A stretch of 64,000 nucleotides of DNA. It comes from Spirochaetia bacterium. Lineage in GTDB: Bacteria > Spirochaetota > Spirochaetia > DSM-2461. The translations under genes and the position numbers were made by a program. Location: positions 896,001-960,000 of the forward strand of contig OY764216.1 of the NCBI GenBank assembly GCA_963668315.1, read 5' to 3'. Below are positions 27,812 to 40,305 of this stretch, piece by piece; positions within the stretch are counted from its first letter, which is position 1; each line of letters opens with the position of its first letter. A model generated the notes under the pieces. The model was not told the origin of the DNA. It saw only the letters and a program-made list of their open reading frames with translations, and made no database searches.

Positions 27812-29779
27812 ATGAGAAAAGGAAGGTTGTTAACAGTATCGCTGCTGGTAATATCCAGTGTGTTTCTTTGCTTCCCCCTGACGGCTCAGGGAGACAAGGA
27901 CGGCGGGACCGATTCGGTCAACCCCAATGAGGAAGTCTATCCCGGAGTGAAAAGGGGAGACACCCTTATCGTGGAAGATCCCTCCGGTACGTTGATCAAT
28001 CCGGACAGCTTCAATGTCTGGAACGTATGGGCCGGCGGTCAGGGTGGTGTTTCCAACGGCCTGCAGCAGCTGGCCATGGATACCCTGTGGTTCCTGGATC
28101 CCGATGCCGGTCTCGACGGCCCCTGGCACAACAGCCTCGCCGCTTCCGAGCCTATTTACAATGATGACTTTACCCAGATGACCGCCAAACTGAAAAAGGG
28201 CATCATGTGGAGCGACGGCGTGGAGTTTACTTCCGCCGACGTGAAATACACCGTGGAACTGCTTAAGCAGAATCCCACCCTGCTGTTCGGTTCCACCTTC
28301 GAGGTATTTATCAAGAGCGTGGATACCCCCGACGATTATACGGTTGTCTTTAATCTGACCAAGCCGAACAGCCGGTTTCACAGAAACTTCACCGTCCGCT
28401 GGAACGCCTGCTGGATTATGCCCAAGCACGTTATGGAGAAGGACATCAAGCAGCCTTCTGACGCCCTTGCTTATAAATTTAACCCTCCCGTTTCCATAGG
28501 AGCCTATGTCCTCAAAGACTATGACAAACAGGGAACATGGACCCTCTGGGAGAAAAGGAAAGACTGGGACAAGACTTCCATCGCCGATTTCGGCGAGCCC
28601 GTTCCCCCCTATGTTATGTATGTGGACGCCGGTCCCAGCGACAAGAGAGTTATCACCCAGGCCAACCATGAGCTGGATATGATCCACTCCATAGCGCCCG
28701 AGGGCATTATCAAGCTTTCCGAAAATGAATGGGAAAGCAACTGGTTCAACGGTTTCCCCTGGGGACATCCGGACCCCACCCTCGTGGCTATTCTCCCCAA
28801 CAATGCCAAGGCTCCCTTCGATAACGTAGATGTAAGATGGGCCCTCGCCCTCTCTCTGGACATGAAGAAACTCGCTCTGGCCAGCTACAAGGGCGCCGTT
28901 ACCATGTCCCCCATCCATTACCCCCCCACGGGAGGATCCAGGGAGTGGTACTTCGATCCCATGCAGGATTTTCTCAAGGATTTCACCATCGATGCCGGTA
29001 AAGCCGGAACGATTCATCCCTATGACACGACGATCGCCGAGCAGATCGCCGATGCGGCCAGAAAGAATTTCGGCGATGCCGTTCCTTCCGATCCGGAAAG
29101 AATAAAAGATGTTATCGGACAGGGATGGTGGGGCTACAATCCCGAAGCCGCCGCCGCCCTTCTCGAGAAGAACGGTTTCACCAAACAGGGAGGCAAGTGG
29201 TATAAGCCCAACGGCGAACAGTTCACCATTACCCTTCTGAACTGGGGACCGGGCAACCCCGTACTGGCCCGTCTGGGTTCCATGGTCGCCGAACTCTGGA
29301 CCAACTTCGGTATCGATACGGTCGCTTCCTACAGCCAGGACAACGGCACCATGTACAACCTGGGCGAATACGACGTGAACATGGGCTGGAACATTGAGAC
29401 CTGGGGAGGACATCCCGACCTGAGTTACTTTGTCGACACCTGGCATTCCGATTTCTATAAGGGGATCGGAGAAGTTGTCAACGGCAGAAACGGCGTACGC
29501 TACAAGAGTGCCGAGCTGGACAAAATCGTGGACGAGGTTAACGTGACGGATTTCGATTCCGAAAGAAATGTAGAGCTTGGACTGGAATTCCTGAAGCTGA
29601 CCACAAAGGATATGCCTACGATCCCCCTTATGTCCTACAATGTATTCTCCTCTCAGGACAGTACTTTCTGGAGCGGTTATCCCACTTTCGATAATCCCTA
29701 TGCCAACCCGGTAACCAACTGGGCCAACAGCCGCTATATCATGACGCAGCTTAAGCAGGAGAAGCCTCCTACCGAATAA
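27812..29779 (+). CDS. ABC solute-binding protein family 5 (DppA-like), probably oligosaccharide-binding
   Basis: Signal peptide, WSDGVEFTSADVKYT and PFDNVDVRWAL; Trp-rich; operonic with GH51 genes. Confidence 0.9.
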   Translation: MRKGRLLTVSLLVISSVFLCFPLTAQGDKDGGTDSVNPNEEVYPGVKRGDTLIVEDPSGTLINPDSFNVWNVWAGGQGGVSNGLQQLAMDTLWFLDPDAGLDGPWHNSLAASEPIYNDDFTQMTAKLKKGIMWSDGVEFTSADVKYTVELLKQNPTLLFGSTFEVFIKSVDTPDDYTVVFNLTKPNSRFHRNFTVRWNACWIMPKHVMEKDIKQPSDALAYKFNPPVSIGAYVLKDYDKQGTWTLWEKRKDWDKTSIADFGEPVPPYVMYVDAGPSDKRVITQANHELDMIHSIAPEGIIKLSENEWESNWFNGFPWGHPDPTLVAILPNNAKAPFDNVDVRWALALSLDMKKLALASYKGAVTMSPIHYPPTGGSREWYFDPMQDFLKDFTIDAGKAGTIHPYDTTIAEQIADAARKNFGDAVPSDPERIKDVIGQGWWGYNPEAAAALLEKNGFTKQGGKWYKPNGEQFTITLLNWGPGNPVLARLGSMVAELWTNFGIDTVASYSQDNGTMYNLGEYDVNMGWNIETWGGHPDLSYFVDTWHSDFYKGIGEVVNGRNGVRYKSAELDKIVDEVNVTDFDSERNVELGLEFLKLTTKDMPTIPLMSYNVFSSQDSTFWSGYPTFDNPYANPVTNWANSRYIMTQLKQEKPPTE

Positions 29780-29861
29780 CGCCATTATTCGCAGCACAAA
29801 GCTTGCCCGGCGGGTGGACAGCCCGCCGGGTTATTTAAGGTAGAATCACTATGAGGCAACA

Positions 29862-30890
29862 ATGAAAAGGAAAAACATATTCAAGAGTCCCTTTTTCAAA
29901 TATCTTGTTCAGAGGCTCGGACAGTTCCTCCTCGTCGTCTTTGTCGGTATTACGGTTACTTTTATCGTACCCCGCCTCTCTCCGACGAATCCGGTGGAAC
30001 AGAAAATTAATCAGATGATGGTTTCCGGGGCGAATATTTATCCCGATGCTCTGGAAAGTTTCCGATCGGCCATGACGGAAATGTACGGTCTGGAAGGCAG
30101 CGCGTGGGACCAATACTGGGCTTTCTGGGGGCGGTTTCTCAAGGGAGATCTGGGCCCTTCCCTGTCTTCCTATCCGATGCCTGTCATCGATCTGATAAAG
30201 AAGGCTCTTCCCTGGACCATCGGGCTTATGCTGACCACCACTCTAATCTCCTGGGTTATCGGTAATATCCTGGGGGGACTGGCGGGATATTTCCCCGATA
30301 AGAAATGGGTCAAATGGGCCGAGCTCGGGGCGACCTGCATACGGCCGATCCCCTACTATATCACCGCTTTTATCCTTCTGATCATATTCTGTTTTATCTT
30401 TCCCATCTTTCCCACTTCCGGAGCCTACGCCAGAGGGGCAATAGAAGGATTCAATTTGAAATTTATAGGCAGCGTCCTTTACCATACATTCCTGCCGGCC
30501 CTTTCGCTTATCCTCGTCGGTCTGGGGGGGTGGCTCCTGGGAATGAGAAGTCTTGTTTCCAATATCGTGGCCGACGACTTCGTCCTTTATGCGGAAGCCG
30601 GCGGCGTCGACCAGAACACCATTCTGAACAAGTACGTGATCCGAAACGCCCTGCTTCCCCAAATCACCGGTCTGGGCATGAGCCTGGGTGCCGTGTTCTC
30701 GGGAGCCCTGATAACAGAGATCGTCTTCGGAATCCCCGGCCTGGGGCTTCTGACCTACCGGGCGGTCATGAATTTCGACTACAGCCTCATAATGGGAGTC
30801 TCCATATTTTCCATCATGGGCGTTTCCGTGTCGGTGCTCATCGTGGATCTGCTGTATCCCCTGTTTGATCCCCGGATCAGGTTAGGTTAG
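29862..30890 (+). CDS. ABC permease (DppB-like)
   Basis: GDLGPS, ALPWT, EAA-like loop and RNALLPQ...DPRIR. Confidence 0.92.
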   Translation: MKRKNIFKSPFFKYLVQRLGQFLLVVFVGITVTFIVPRLSPTNPVEQKINQMMVSGANIYPDALESFRSAMTEMYGLEGSAWDQYWAFWGRFLKGDLGPSLSSYPMPVIDLIKKALPWTIGLMLTTTLISWVIGNILGGLAGYFPDKKWVKWAELGATCIRPIPYYITAFILLIIFCFIFPIFPTSGAYARGAIEGFNLKFIGSVLYHTFLPALSLILVGLGGWLLGMRSLVSNIVADDFVLYAEAGGVDQNTILNKYVIRNALLPQITGLGMSLGAVFSGALITEIVFGIPGLGLLTYRAVMNFDYSLIMGVSIFSIMGVSVSVLIVDLLYPLFDPRIRLG

Positions 30891-30900
30891 GGAGGACGTA

Positions 30901-31761
30901 ATGAAAAGAGTATTTATTGACATGCTTAAGAACTCGCGGCCCTTCCGGTTCGGAGTGGCGGCGGCCCTTTTTCTGATTATTATGATCATCCTCTCCTTTT
31001 TTTCCCCCTATCCGTCCAACGAATCCTTTCTGGTGATGGATGACGCCCCGCCCTCCTTCGAGCATATTTTCGGAACGAACAGCCGGGGGCAGGACCTTTT
31101 CTGGCAGATGACCTTTGCCTTGAGAAACTCCTTTTTCTTCGGTGTCATCACTGCGGTGATCAGCCGTATCATCTCCCTTGTCGTCGGGTTGTATTCGGGC
31201 TACAAGCAGGGGGTTATCGACCGCGTCCTTATGGCGGTTAACGACAGTTTCGTGATTATGCCCGTCCTCCCGATTCTCATCCTGCTGAACTTCCTGTTAA
31301 AGGAAAAGATGAACTGGGTAATCATGGCGGCGATTCTCTCTCTGTTCGGCTGGGCCTTCGACGCGCGGCTTATCCGCTCCAAGGCCATGTCCCTCCGTTT
31401 TCAGCTGTTTACCGATACGGCGGTATTCTCGGGCTTCGGCACCAGGAAAATCATTTTCAGAGAGCATTTCCCCTATGTGCTTCCCATCGTTTTTTCCACC
31501 ACCATCAACAACATGCTGTGGGCCATCGGTATGGAAGTGACCCTGGCTATTCTGGGCCTGACCAATGTCAACGACCCCACCATAGGAGTGACCATCTACT
31601 GGGCCAACCAGCATCAGGCTCTCATTTCCGGCGTCTGGTGGTGGATCGCCATTCCCGTCGTCATCACCGTATTTGTCTTTACCGGATTGTACATGCTTTC
31701 CATAAGCATCAATAAGTATATCGATCCCCGGACGCGGCTGCAGAGAAAAGGAAGTAATTGA
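30901..31761 (+). CDS. ABC permease (DppC-like)
   Basis: PPSFEHIFGTNSRGQD, ARLIRS and DPR terminus. Confidence 0.92.
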   Translation: MKRVFIDMLKNSRPFRFGVAAALFLIIMIILSFFSPYPSNESFLVMDDAPPSFEHIFGTNSRGQDLFWQMTFALRNSFFFGVITAVISRIISLVVGLYSGYKQGVIDRVLMAVNDSFVIMPVLPILILLNFLLKEKMNWVIMAAILSLFGWAFDARLIRSKAMSLRFQLFTDTAVFSGFGTRKIIFREHFPYVLPIVFSTTINNMLWAIGMEVTLAILGLTNVNDPTIGVTIYWANQHQALISGVWWWIAIPVVITVFVFTGLYMLSISINKYIDPRTRLQRKGSN

Positions 31762-31763
31762 TC

Positions 31764-32759
31764 ATGAGTCAGAATGTATTGAATGTTGAGCAGCTGAACG
31801 CCGTATACAAGACGGAATTGTACGGCATACAGAGGGAAGTGAAAGTCATCAACGATATCTCCCTGACTTTAAAAAAGGACGAGGTTTTCGGGATCGCCGG
31901 AGAGTCGGGAAGCGGTAAAACCACGCTGATCAAGCTTCTTTCCGGGACCCACCGGGCCCCCCTGACGGTTCTGGGGGGAAAGGTCAGTTATGACTTCGAA
32001 GACAGGGAGAGCTGCACCGATGTGCTGAACTGTTCCCGATCCGATCTGGACAGCATACGCTGGAAGAACCTCTCCTATGTCATGCAGGGATCGATGAACG
32101 TGCTGAATCCGGTAAGGAAAATCCACAAATCCTTCATCGATTTCGCCTACAAGCATATGGATATTCCCGACAAGGAGGAGTTCCGCAAGGCCGTCGTGAA
32201 GTATCTGGCCAAGCTCCGCCTTCCCGCGGAAGTACTGAACTCCTACCCCCACGAGCTTTCCGGCGGAATGAGGCAGCGCGTTATCATCGCCCTGGCTACC
32301 ATCTGCAATCCCGATGTCATCGTGGCGGACGAACCGACCACGGCTCTGGACGTGGTGGTGCAGCGGGAGACTCTGAACCTAATACGGGAGATTCAGGTAC
32401 AGCAGAAGAATACGGTCCTTTTGATTACCCACGATATGGCCGTTCACGCCAATATCGCCGACAGAATCGGCATTATGTACGCCGGGCGTCTGGTGGAAGA
32501 GGGGAAGACAAGGGACATTTTCTACTCTCCCAGCCATCCCTATACGCAGCACCTTATCAGTTCCCTGCCCCGGATCGGCGATTCCAGCCACAAAGAGGGT
32601 CTCAAGGGAAATCCTCCCAATCTGGCTTCACCCCCGACGGGATGTCCCTTTCATCCCCGCTGTCCCCGGGCCGGAAAAGAGTGCGCCGAGAAAACCCCCG
32701 CCATGGAAGTGATCGGGGATGAACACCGGGTCGCCTGCTTTTATCACGGCGCCAAATGA
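31764..32759 (+). CDS. ABC ATPase (DppD-like)
   Basis: GESGSGKT, LSGGMRQR, DEPT, HPYT and GCPFHPRC. Confidence 0.95.
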   Translation: MSQNVLNVEQLNAVYKTELYGIQREVKVINDISLTLKKDEVFGIAGESGSGKTTLIKLLSGTHRAPLTVLGGKVSYDFEDRESCTDVLNCSRSDLDSIRWKNLSYVMQGSMNVLNPVRKIHKSFIDFAYKHMDIPDKEEFRKAVVKYLAKLRLPAEVLNSYPHELSGGMRQRVIIALATICNPDVIVADEPTTALDVVVQRETLNLIREIQVQQKNTVLLITHDMAVHANIADRIGIMYAGRLVEEGKTRDIFYSPSHPYTQHLISSLPRIGDSSHKEGLKGNPPNLASPPTGCPFHPRCPRAGKECAEKTPAMEVIGDEHRVACFYHGAK

Positions 32760-32769
32760 GGAGAAGACG

Positions 32770-33735
32770 ATGAGCCAAGTACAGTTAGCCATAAAGAATG
32801 CCGTTAAGGAGTACCGGTTGGGAGGAATTGTTTCCGGCACGACCTTCCGGGCGGTCAATGAAGTGAATTTTGAGTTATACACGGGAAAACCGGAGGTCTT
32901 TTCCATTATCGGGGAGTCCGGATCGGGCAAGACGACCCTGTCCCGGATGATCCTGCGCCTGATCAAGAATGACGGGGGATCCATCGAACTGGACGGTAAA
33001 GATCTGAACAAGATCAAGGGCCGAAAGGGCGAGATGGACTTCATGTCCCGGGTCCAGCCGATCTTTCAGAATCCCTTCGAAACCTTCAATCCCCTGAGCC
33101 GGGTGGACCGGTATCTTCTGGATACGGCGACGCACTTTTTTCCCGAAGACGCCCATCCCGAGAAACGGGTGGAAGAGGCTCTGGAGGCGGTAGGCCTGAG
33201 CCTGGAGGAGATAAGCAGACGATATCCCCACGAACTTTCCGGAGGACAGCTGCAGAGAACGTCCATCGCCCGGGCCATTATTCCCAAGCCGGAGATTCTC
33301 ATCGCCGATGAGCCGGTCTCGATGATTGACGCTTCTCTGAGAATGAGTATTGTCAATCTGTTCTCCAGCCTGAAGGAGCGTTTTGATACCTCGATTATCT
33401 ACATCACCCACGACCTGGCCACGGCCTATTATGTGAGCGACAGAATCGCGATTATGCACCGGGGGATTTTCGTGGAGCAGGGAGAAGCCAAGGCCATACT
33501 GGAAAACCCCAGGCACCCCTACACCAAGCTGCTCGTCCGGGCGGCTCTTGATCCGTCGCCCGACGCGGAGGACTTTGATTATAAGCCCTCCCGTTTTGAA
33601 GGGGAGGAGTTTACCGCTAAGGGTTGTCTCTTCGCCGACCGATGTGAAGAAGCAGGGAACGAGTGTTTCCATGTACTTCCCAAGGAAGTAAGTATGGAAG
33701 ACCGGGTCATTCGTTGCCTGAAATATAATAACTAG
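32770..33735 (+). CDS. ABC ATPase (DppF-like)
   Basis: GESGSGKT, LSGGQLQR, DEPVS and HPYT; start after a GAGGAG SD. Confidence 0.95.
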   Translation: MSQVQLAIKNAVKEYRLGGIVSGTTFRAVNEVNFELYTGKPEVFSIIGESGSGKTTLSRMILRLIKNDGGSIELDGKDLNKIKGRKGEMDFMSRVQPIFQNPFETFNPLSRVDRYLLDTATHFFPEDAHPEKRVEEALEAVGLSLEEISRRYPHELSGGQLQRTSIARAIIPKPEILIADEPVSMIDASLRMSIVNLFSSLKERFDTSIIYITHDLATAYYVSDRIAIMHRGIFVEQGEAKAILENPRHPYTKLLVRAALDPSPDAEDFDYKPSRFEGEEFTAKGCLFADRCEEAGNECFHVLPKEVSMEDRVIRCLKYNN

Positions 33736-33748
33736 ATAGTATAATTGA

Positions 33749-35278
<1,530 letters not shown>

Positions 35279-35370
35279 CGGAAAAAAGGCGATGCCGTTC
35301 CTGCGAACTGAGGGCGGCATCGAAAGAGTATGCCCGGCGGGGAGCTGCTTCGCCGGGAAGGAGATTAATC

Positions 35371-36837
35371 ATGGATAGTGCTGTTCTTAACGGAGATATC
35401 AGAAAAAATAAAATAAGCCGTCATATATACGGTCATTTTTCCGAGCACCTGGGCCGCTGCATCTACGGCGGTTTCTGGGTGGGCCCCGATTCTTCCATTC
35501 CCAATACGGAGGGGATTCGAAACGATGTGGTCGACGCGCTCAAAAAACTGAAGATTCCCAACCTTCGCTGGCCCGGCGGCTGTTTTGCCGACGAGTACCA
35601 CTGGGAAGACGGCATCGGTCCCCGGGAAGAACGGCCTACCATGATTAATACCCACTGGGGCGGGGTGATCGAGAACAACCACTTCGGCACCCATGAGTTC
35701 CTGAGGCTCTGCGAGCTTCTGGAGTGCGAGCCCTATATCTGCGGCAACGTGGGAAGCGGAACGGTCAAGGAGATGTCCTCCTGGGTCGAGTACATGACCA
35801 TGGACGGCAAGAGTCCCATGGCCGACCTGAGGCGGGAAAACGGACGGGAAGAGCCCTGGCCTCTGACCTACTTCGGAGTGGGGAATGAGAACTGGGGCTG
35901 CGGCGGCAACATGAGGCCCGAGTATTATGCCGATCTTTTCCGCCGTTACGCCACCTACTGCCGCGATTACGGGGATAACAAGCTTTTCAAGATCGCCTGC
36001 GGTCCCAATACGGATGATTACCACTGGACCGAAGTGCTTATGCGGGAAGTCGCCAAAGTCGGCTTCCAGGGACACTGGCTGATGAACGGCCTCTCCCTTC
36101 ACTACTATACCGTTCCCGGTACCTGGGCCCAGAAAGGTTCCGCCACGGATTTCAGTCTGGAGGATTGGAATTCCACCATGGAGAAAGCCCTCTACATGGA
36201 TGAGCTGATTGCAAGGCACGGAGCCATCATGGACCGCTACGACCCGGAAAAGCGGGTGGCCCTTGTCTTTGACGAATGGGGAACCTGGTTCGATGTGGAA
36301 CCGGGGACAAATCCGGGATTTCTCTATCAGCAGAATACCCAGAGGGATGCCCTGGTCGCCGCCATCGGATTGAATATTTTCAACAACCGATCCGACCGGC
36401 TGCGCATCGCCAATATCGCCCAGACGATCAACGTGCTCCAGGCGATGATTCTGACCGAAGAGGACAAGATGGTTCTTACCCCGACCTACCACGTCTTCGA
36501 GATGTTCAAGGAGCATCAGGATAACGATCTTCTGGCCCTGGATCATCTTCCCAGGGAAGTCAGCGGAAGCGCTTCCATCAATGAGAAGGGTGAGATTTTC
36601 GTGACTCTGGCCAATATGTCGGGTGTGGAAAAATGTCAGTTTGAGCTGGATGTCAGAGGCTTTGAAGTGAACGGAGTAAGCGGCAGGATCCTTCAGCCCC
36701 AGGACTACAGGGATTTCAATAGTTTCGAGAATCCTGAAAAGGTAAAACCCAGGGTAATGGACAATCTCGTCAGAGAGGGGAACTCCCTGCGTATCTCTCT
36801 GCCGGCGGCTTCTGTAATTGCTTTACAAATAATCTGA
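35371..36837 (+). CDS. Second GH51 alpha-L-arabinofuranosidase (Abf2-like)
   Basis: [28 protein letters not shown] and FDEWGTW; ATG after AAGGAG. Confidence 0.93.
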   Translation: MDSAVLNGDIRKNKISRHIYGHFSEHLGRCIYGGFWVGPDSSIPNTEGIRNDVVDALKKLKIPNLRWPGGCFADEYHWEDGIGPREERPTMINTHWGGVIENNHFGTHEFLRLCELLECEPYICGNVGSGTVKEMSSWVEYMTMDGKSPMADLRRENGREEPWPLTYFGVGNENWGCGGNMRPEYYADLFRRYATYCRDYGDNKLFKIACGPNTDDYHWTEVLMREVAKVGFQGHWLMNGLSLHYYTVPGTWAQKGSATDFSLEDWNSTMEKALYMDELIARHGAIMDRYDPEKRVALVFDEWGTWFDVEPGTNPGFLYQQNTQRDALVAAIGLNIFNNRSDRLRIANIAQTINVLQAMILTEEDKMVLTPTYHVFEMFKEHQDNDLLALDHLPREVSGSASINEKGEIFVTLANMSGVEKCQFELDVRGFEVNGVSGRILQPQDYRDFNSFENPEKVKPRVMDNLVREGNSLRISLPAASVIALQII

Positions 36838-36858
36838 TATGAATTATTCTAGGCCATT

Positions 36859-37794
36859 ATGACTAAAAAAGAAACGTCCCCTCGAGTTATGCTTCTCAGT
36901 CCCAAAAGGGATATTCATATAATCAAGGCTCTGGCGTCGGATATCCGTATGGATATACTGACGCTGCTCCAGAGCGAAGAGCTGAATATAAACAGCATCT
37001 CCGAGATTTTGAAAATTCCCCAGTCTACCGCGGCGACGAATATACAGACCCTGGAGAAGGCCGGTCTTGTCAGTTCCACGATTTTCCGCGGCGGAAAGGG
37101 TGTTCAGAAAGTCTGCCGGGCTCTTTACGATGAGTTCATAATCCGGATGGATGATTCGGTGAAAGCCGAGGATAATGTCATAGAGGTCGAGATGCCCCTG
37201 GGGCTTTTCATCAAGTATAAAGTGAACGTCCCCTGCGGTATCTGCTCGCCCGAAAAGATTCTGGGAAACCTGGATATGCCGACGGCTTTTCTGAGCCCGG
37301 AACGGGTCAAGGCGGCCCTTATCTGGTTCGGCAGCGGCTCCATCGACTATCAGTTTCCCAATAATGCCTTTGAACACAGCAAACCCCTCAAGGCCCTGGA
37401 GTTTGAAATGGAACTTTCCTCGGAAGTCCCCGGGACCAATCCGGACTGGCCTTCGGATATCTCCCTGGCGATAAACGGAGTCTCCCTGGGCCATTGGACC
37501 TCACCGGGGGATTTCGGTGACAAACGGGGAAAATTCACCCCCGAATGGTGGAAGCTCAAAGGGTCCCAGTACGGTATCCTGACAACATGGCGCGTCGATA
37601 AAACGGGGACCTATGTGAATAACAAGAAAATCAGCTCCGTGGTTCTGAATGACCTGGAAGTTATGGAGCATCATTCCGTGCGGTTGAATATTTCCGCCGA
37701 TCTTGAAGCGGAGAATGCCGGCGGACTGAATATTTTCGGCAAGGGATTCGGAAATTACGAGAGAGATATCCTCATGAGGATGATATTCACTTAA
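36859..37794 (+). CDS. ArsR-type HTH regulator with large C-terminal domain
   Basis: KALASDIRMDIL...LEKAGLV wHTH; C-terminal WPSDI, WTSPGDFG and FGKGFGNY. Confidence 0.85.
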   Translation: MTKKETSPRVMLLSPKRDIHIIKALASDIRMDILTLLQSEELNINSISEILKIPQSTAATNIQTLEKAGLVSSTIFRGGKGVQKVCRALYDEFIIRMDDSVKAEDNVIEVEMPLGLFIKYKVNVPCGICSPEKILGNLDMPTAFLSPERVKAALIWFGSGSIDYQFPNNAFEHSKPLKALEFEMELSSEVPGTNPDWPSDISLAINGVSLGHWTSPGDFGDKRGKFTPEWWKLKGSQYGILTTWRVDKTGTYVNNKKISSVVLNDLEVMEHHSVRLNISADLEAENAGGLNIFGKGFGNYERDILMRMIFT

Positions 37795-37856
37795 AATAAA
37801 CCTGTATTTATGATATGCTGAAATAATAAACTATCTGATGCAGGAGAAACAGGCCG

Positions 37857-40286
37857 GTGAAATTTGAATCGATTCGTGAAGAGGGTAATAGTCTGTACAT
37901 TGAGGGTGAGAATTCGTCCTTACGGCTGGAGGCCGTCGGGGAGAATATCATCCGCTGCTCCCTGGCCGGCGGGAATTTTCACCGGTCTTCCGATTTAGTA
38001 CTTGAACAGAAACCTCTGCCTCTGGCCTATGCCGACAGGGAAGGTTCTTACGAACTGGAAACGGAGATCCTGGCACTCAGCATTGACCGGGAATCGGGTC
38101 GTTTTACCTGGAAGGATAAAGCATCGGGCTCTGTTCTTCTGAGGGAAGGGGATAAAACCCTGACTCCCGTGGATGTGATACGGTACAGCACCCAGGGGGA
38201 AGAGCCCATCCTGGAAAGGATAAAGACGGTTGACGGGGAGAGAAGCTTCATCAGGAATCTGAAGCCCCATGTGGACAGAACCGCCTATCGGGCCAAGATA
38301 AATTTCGACTTTCAGGATGATGAGGGAATCTACGGACTGGGCCAGGCCGAAGAGGGAATTTTCAACTACCGCCATAGCAACCAGTATCTTTACCAGCATA
38401 ATATGCGGATTCCCATTCCCTTTTTTATCTCTTCCAAGGGTTACGGGATCCTGGTGGACTGCGGTTCTCTTATGACATTCAATGATGACCGCCGGGGAAG
38501 CTATCTTTTCTGCGATACGGTGGATCAGCTGGATTATTACTTTATTGCCGGAAAGGATTTTGACGAGATCATCGCCGGATACAGGGAGCTGACCGGCCGG
38601 GCTGTCATGCTGTCCCGATGGACCTACGGCTACGTCCAGTCCAAGGAAGCCTACCGGACGGGGGACGAGCTGGTGGACGTGGCCCGGAAATACCGGGAAC
38701 TTTCCATTCCCCTGGACTGTATCGTACAGGACTGGAATACTTGGGAGCCGGGAAAATGGGGACAGAAAACCGTGGACAAGACCCGTTACCCCGATCTGAA
38801 GAGAACCAATGAAGCGCTTCACTCCATGAATGTTCACTCCATGGTGTCCGTGTGGCCCAATATGAATCCCGGCTGCGAGAACCACGGGGAGTTTGCCGAG
38901 GCCGGGCTGCTCCTGAACGACAACTCCACCTACGATGCCTTTTCCGAGAAGGGGAGGGCCATCTATTTCAGGCAGGCCGAAGAGGAGCTCTTCAAAGGGG
39001 GCTTTGACTCCTGGTGGTGCGACTCGACCGAACCCTTTCCCGGTCCCGACTGGCAGGGCTCGGAGTTGCGGGAACCCTGGGAGCGCTACCATCTGGTCGG
39101 AGAGGAGCACAAGCAGTTCCTCGATCCGGGCCAGGCGAATCTCTTTGCCCTTATGCATGCCCGGGGCATCTACGAAAACCAGCGGGCCGGCTATCCCGGC
39201 AAGAGGGTGGTGAACCTGACCCGCTCCGGCTACGCCTCTTCCCAGCGCTTCGGAACGGTCCTCTGGTCGGGGGATATCGCCGCGACCTGGGACGTTATGA
39301 AGAAGCAGATAGCCGAAGGCCTGAACTTCGCCCTGAGCGGCATGCCCTACTGGACGCTGGATATCGGCGCCTTCTTTACGGTGGGTAAAGAGTGGCGCAA
39401 CCGGGGCTGCGGTCAGAACGAAAATCCCAATCCTCTCTGGTTCTGGAAGGGCGATTATGACGAGGGCGTGAAAGATCCGGCCTACCGGGAACTATATGTC
39501 CGCTGGCTGCAGTTCGGAGCCTTCCTCTCTATGTTCCGTTCCCACGGGACCGACACGCCCCGGGAAATCTGGAATTTCGGAAAGCCGGGCGATATGTTTT
39601 ACGACACCATAGCTTCCTTCATCCGCCTTCGTTACCGCTTGATTCCCTATATCTATTCTCTGGCGTCCCTGGTTAACAGGAAACATTACACCATGGTCAG
39701 GAGCCTCCTTTTTGATTTCCCTGAGGACGAAGAGGCTCTCTCCCTCGCGGACGAGTTCATGTTCGGTCCGGCTTTTCTGGTCTGTCCCGTAACGGAGCCT
39801 ATGTACTACGACAGAAACGGGAAAATGGAGGGGACCGTAAAAAGCCGCCGCTGTTATCTCCCCGGCAAGGGTGTGAAATGGCTGGATTTCTGGACGGGGG
39901 AAGAGTTCGGCGGCTGCCAGTGGATAACGGCCGATGCTCCCCTGGAGAGAATGCCCCTCTTTGTCCGGGCCGGTTCCATCATACCCATGGCCGAGGGCCT
40001 TCAGTATGCCGATCAGGCCGACGGGGCCGATCTGGATATTCATGTGTATCCCGGAGCCGACGGTTCCTTTGAGCTCTATGAGGACGAAGGGGACAATTAC
40101 GCCTACGAAGAGGGGGCTTTTTCTCTGATTCCCCTGGATTGGAATGACGCCGATAAGGTTCTGGTTCTGGGTGACAGGCAGGGGACCTATCCGGGAATGA
40201 GAGAAAAGAGGAATATCAGGGTTCACCTTGAGGGAGAGACGAAAAGCCTGATGTACGAGGGACAGGCCGCTTCCTTCTCATTTTAA
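37857..40286 (+). CDS. GH31 glycoside hydrolase (alpha-xylosidase-like)
   Basis: YGLGQ, WWCDSTEP nucleophile region, WSGDI, WTLDIG, FRSHG and LYEDEG; no signal peptide. Confidence 0.92.
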   Translation: MKFESIREEGNSLYIEGENSSLRLEAVGENIIRCSLAGGNFHRSSDLVLEQKPLPLAYADREGSYELETEILALSIDRESGRFTWKDKASGSVLLREGDKTLTPVDVIRYSTQGEEPILERIKTVDGERSFIRNLKPHVDRTAYRAKINFDFQDDEGIYGLGQAEEGIFNYRHSNQYLYQHNMRIPIPFFISSKGYGILVDCGSLMTFNDDRRGSYLFCDTVDQLDYYFIAGKDFDEIIAGYRELTGRAVMLSRWTYGYVQSKEAYRTGDELVDVARKYRELSIPLDCIVQDWNTWEPGKWGQKTVDKTRYPDLKRTNEALHSMNVHSMVSVWPNMNPGCENHGEFAEAGLLLNDNSTYDAFSEKGRAIYFRQAEEELFKGGFDSWWCDSTEPFPGPDWQGSELREPWERYHLVGEEHKQFLDPGQANLFALMHARGIYENQRAGYPGKRVVNLTRSGYASSQRFGTVLWSGDIAATWDVMKKQIAEGLNFALSGMPYWTLDIGAFFTVGKEWRNRGCGQNENPNPLWFWKGDYDEGVKDPAYRELYVRWLQFGAFLSMFRSHGTDTPREIWNFGKPGDMFYDTIASFIRLRYRLIPYIYSLASLVNRKHYTMVRSLLFDFPEDEEALSLADEFMFGPAFLVCPVTEPMYYDRNGKMEGTVKSRRCYLPGKGVKWLDFWTGEEFGGCQWITADAPLERMPLFVRAGSIIPMAEGLQYADQADGADLDIHVYPGADGSFELYEDEGDNYAYEEGAFSLIPLDWNDADKVLVLGDRQGTYPGMREKRNIRVHLEGETKSLMYEGQAASFSF

Positions 40287-40305
40287 CAGGGACAATCCCC
40301 GGCCT

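Noticed and set aside
27830..29797. 655-aa antisense ORF with the same length as the SBP
   Set aside because: It is a codon-register mirror of a strongly biased gene (few TTA/CTA/TCA codons give few antisense stops) and has no motifs. The equal length is coincidence.
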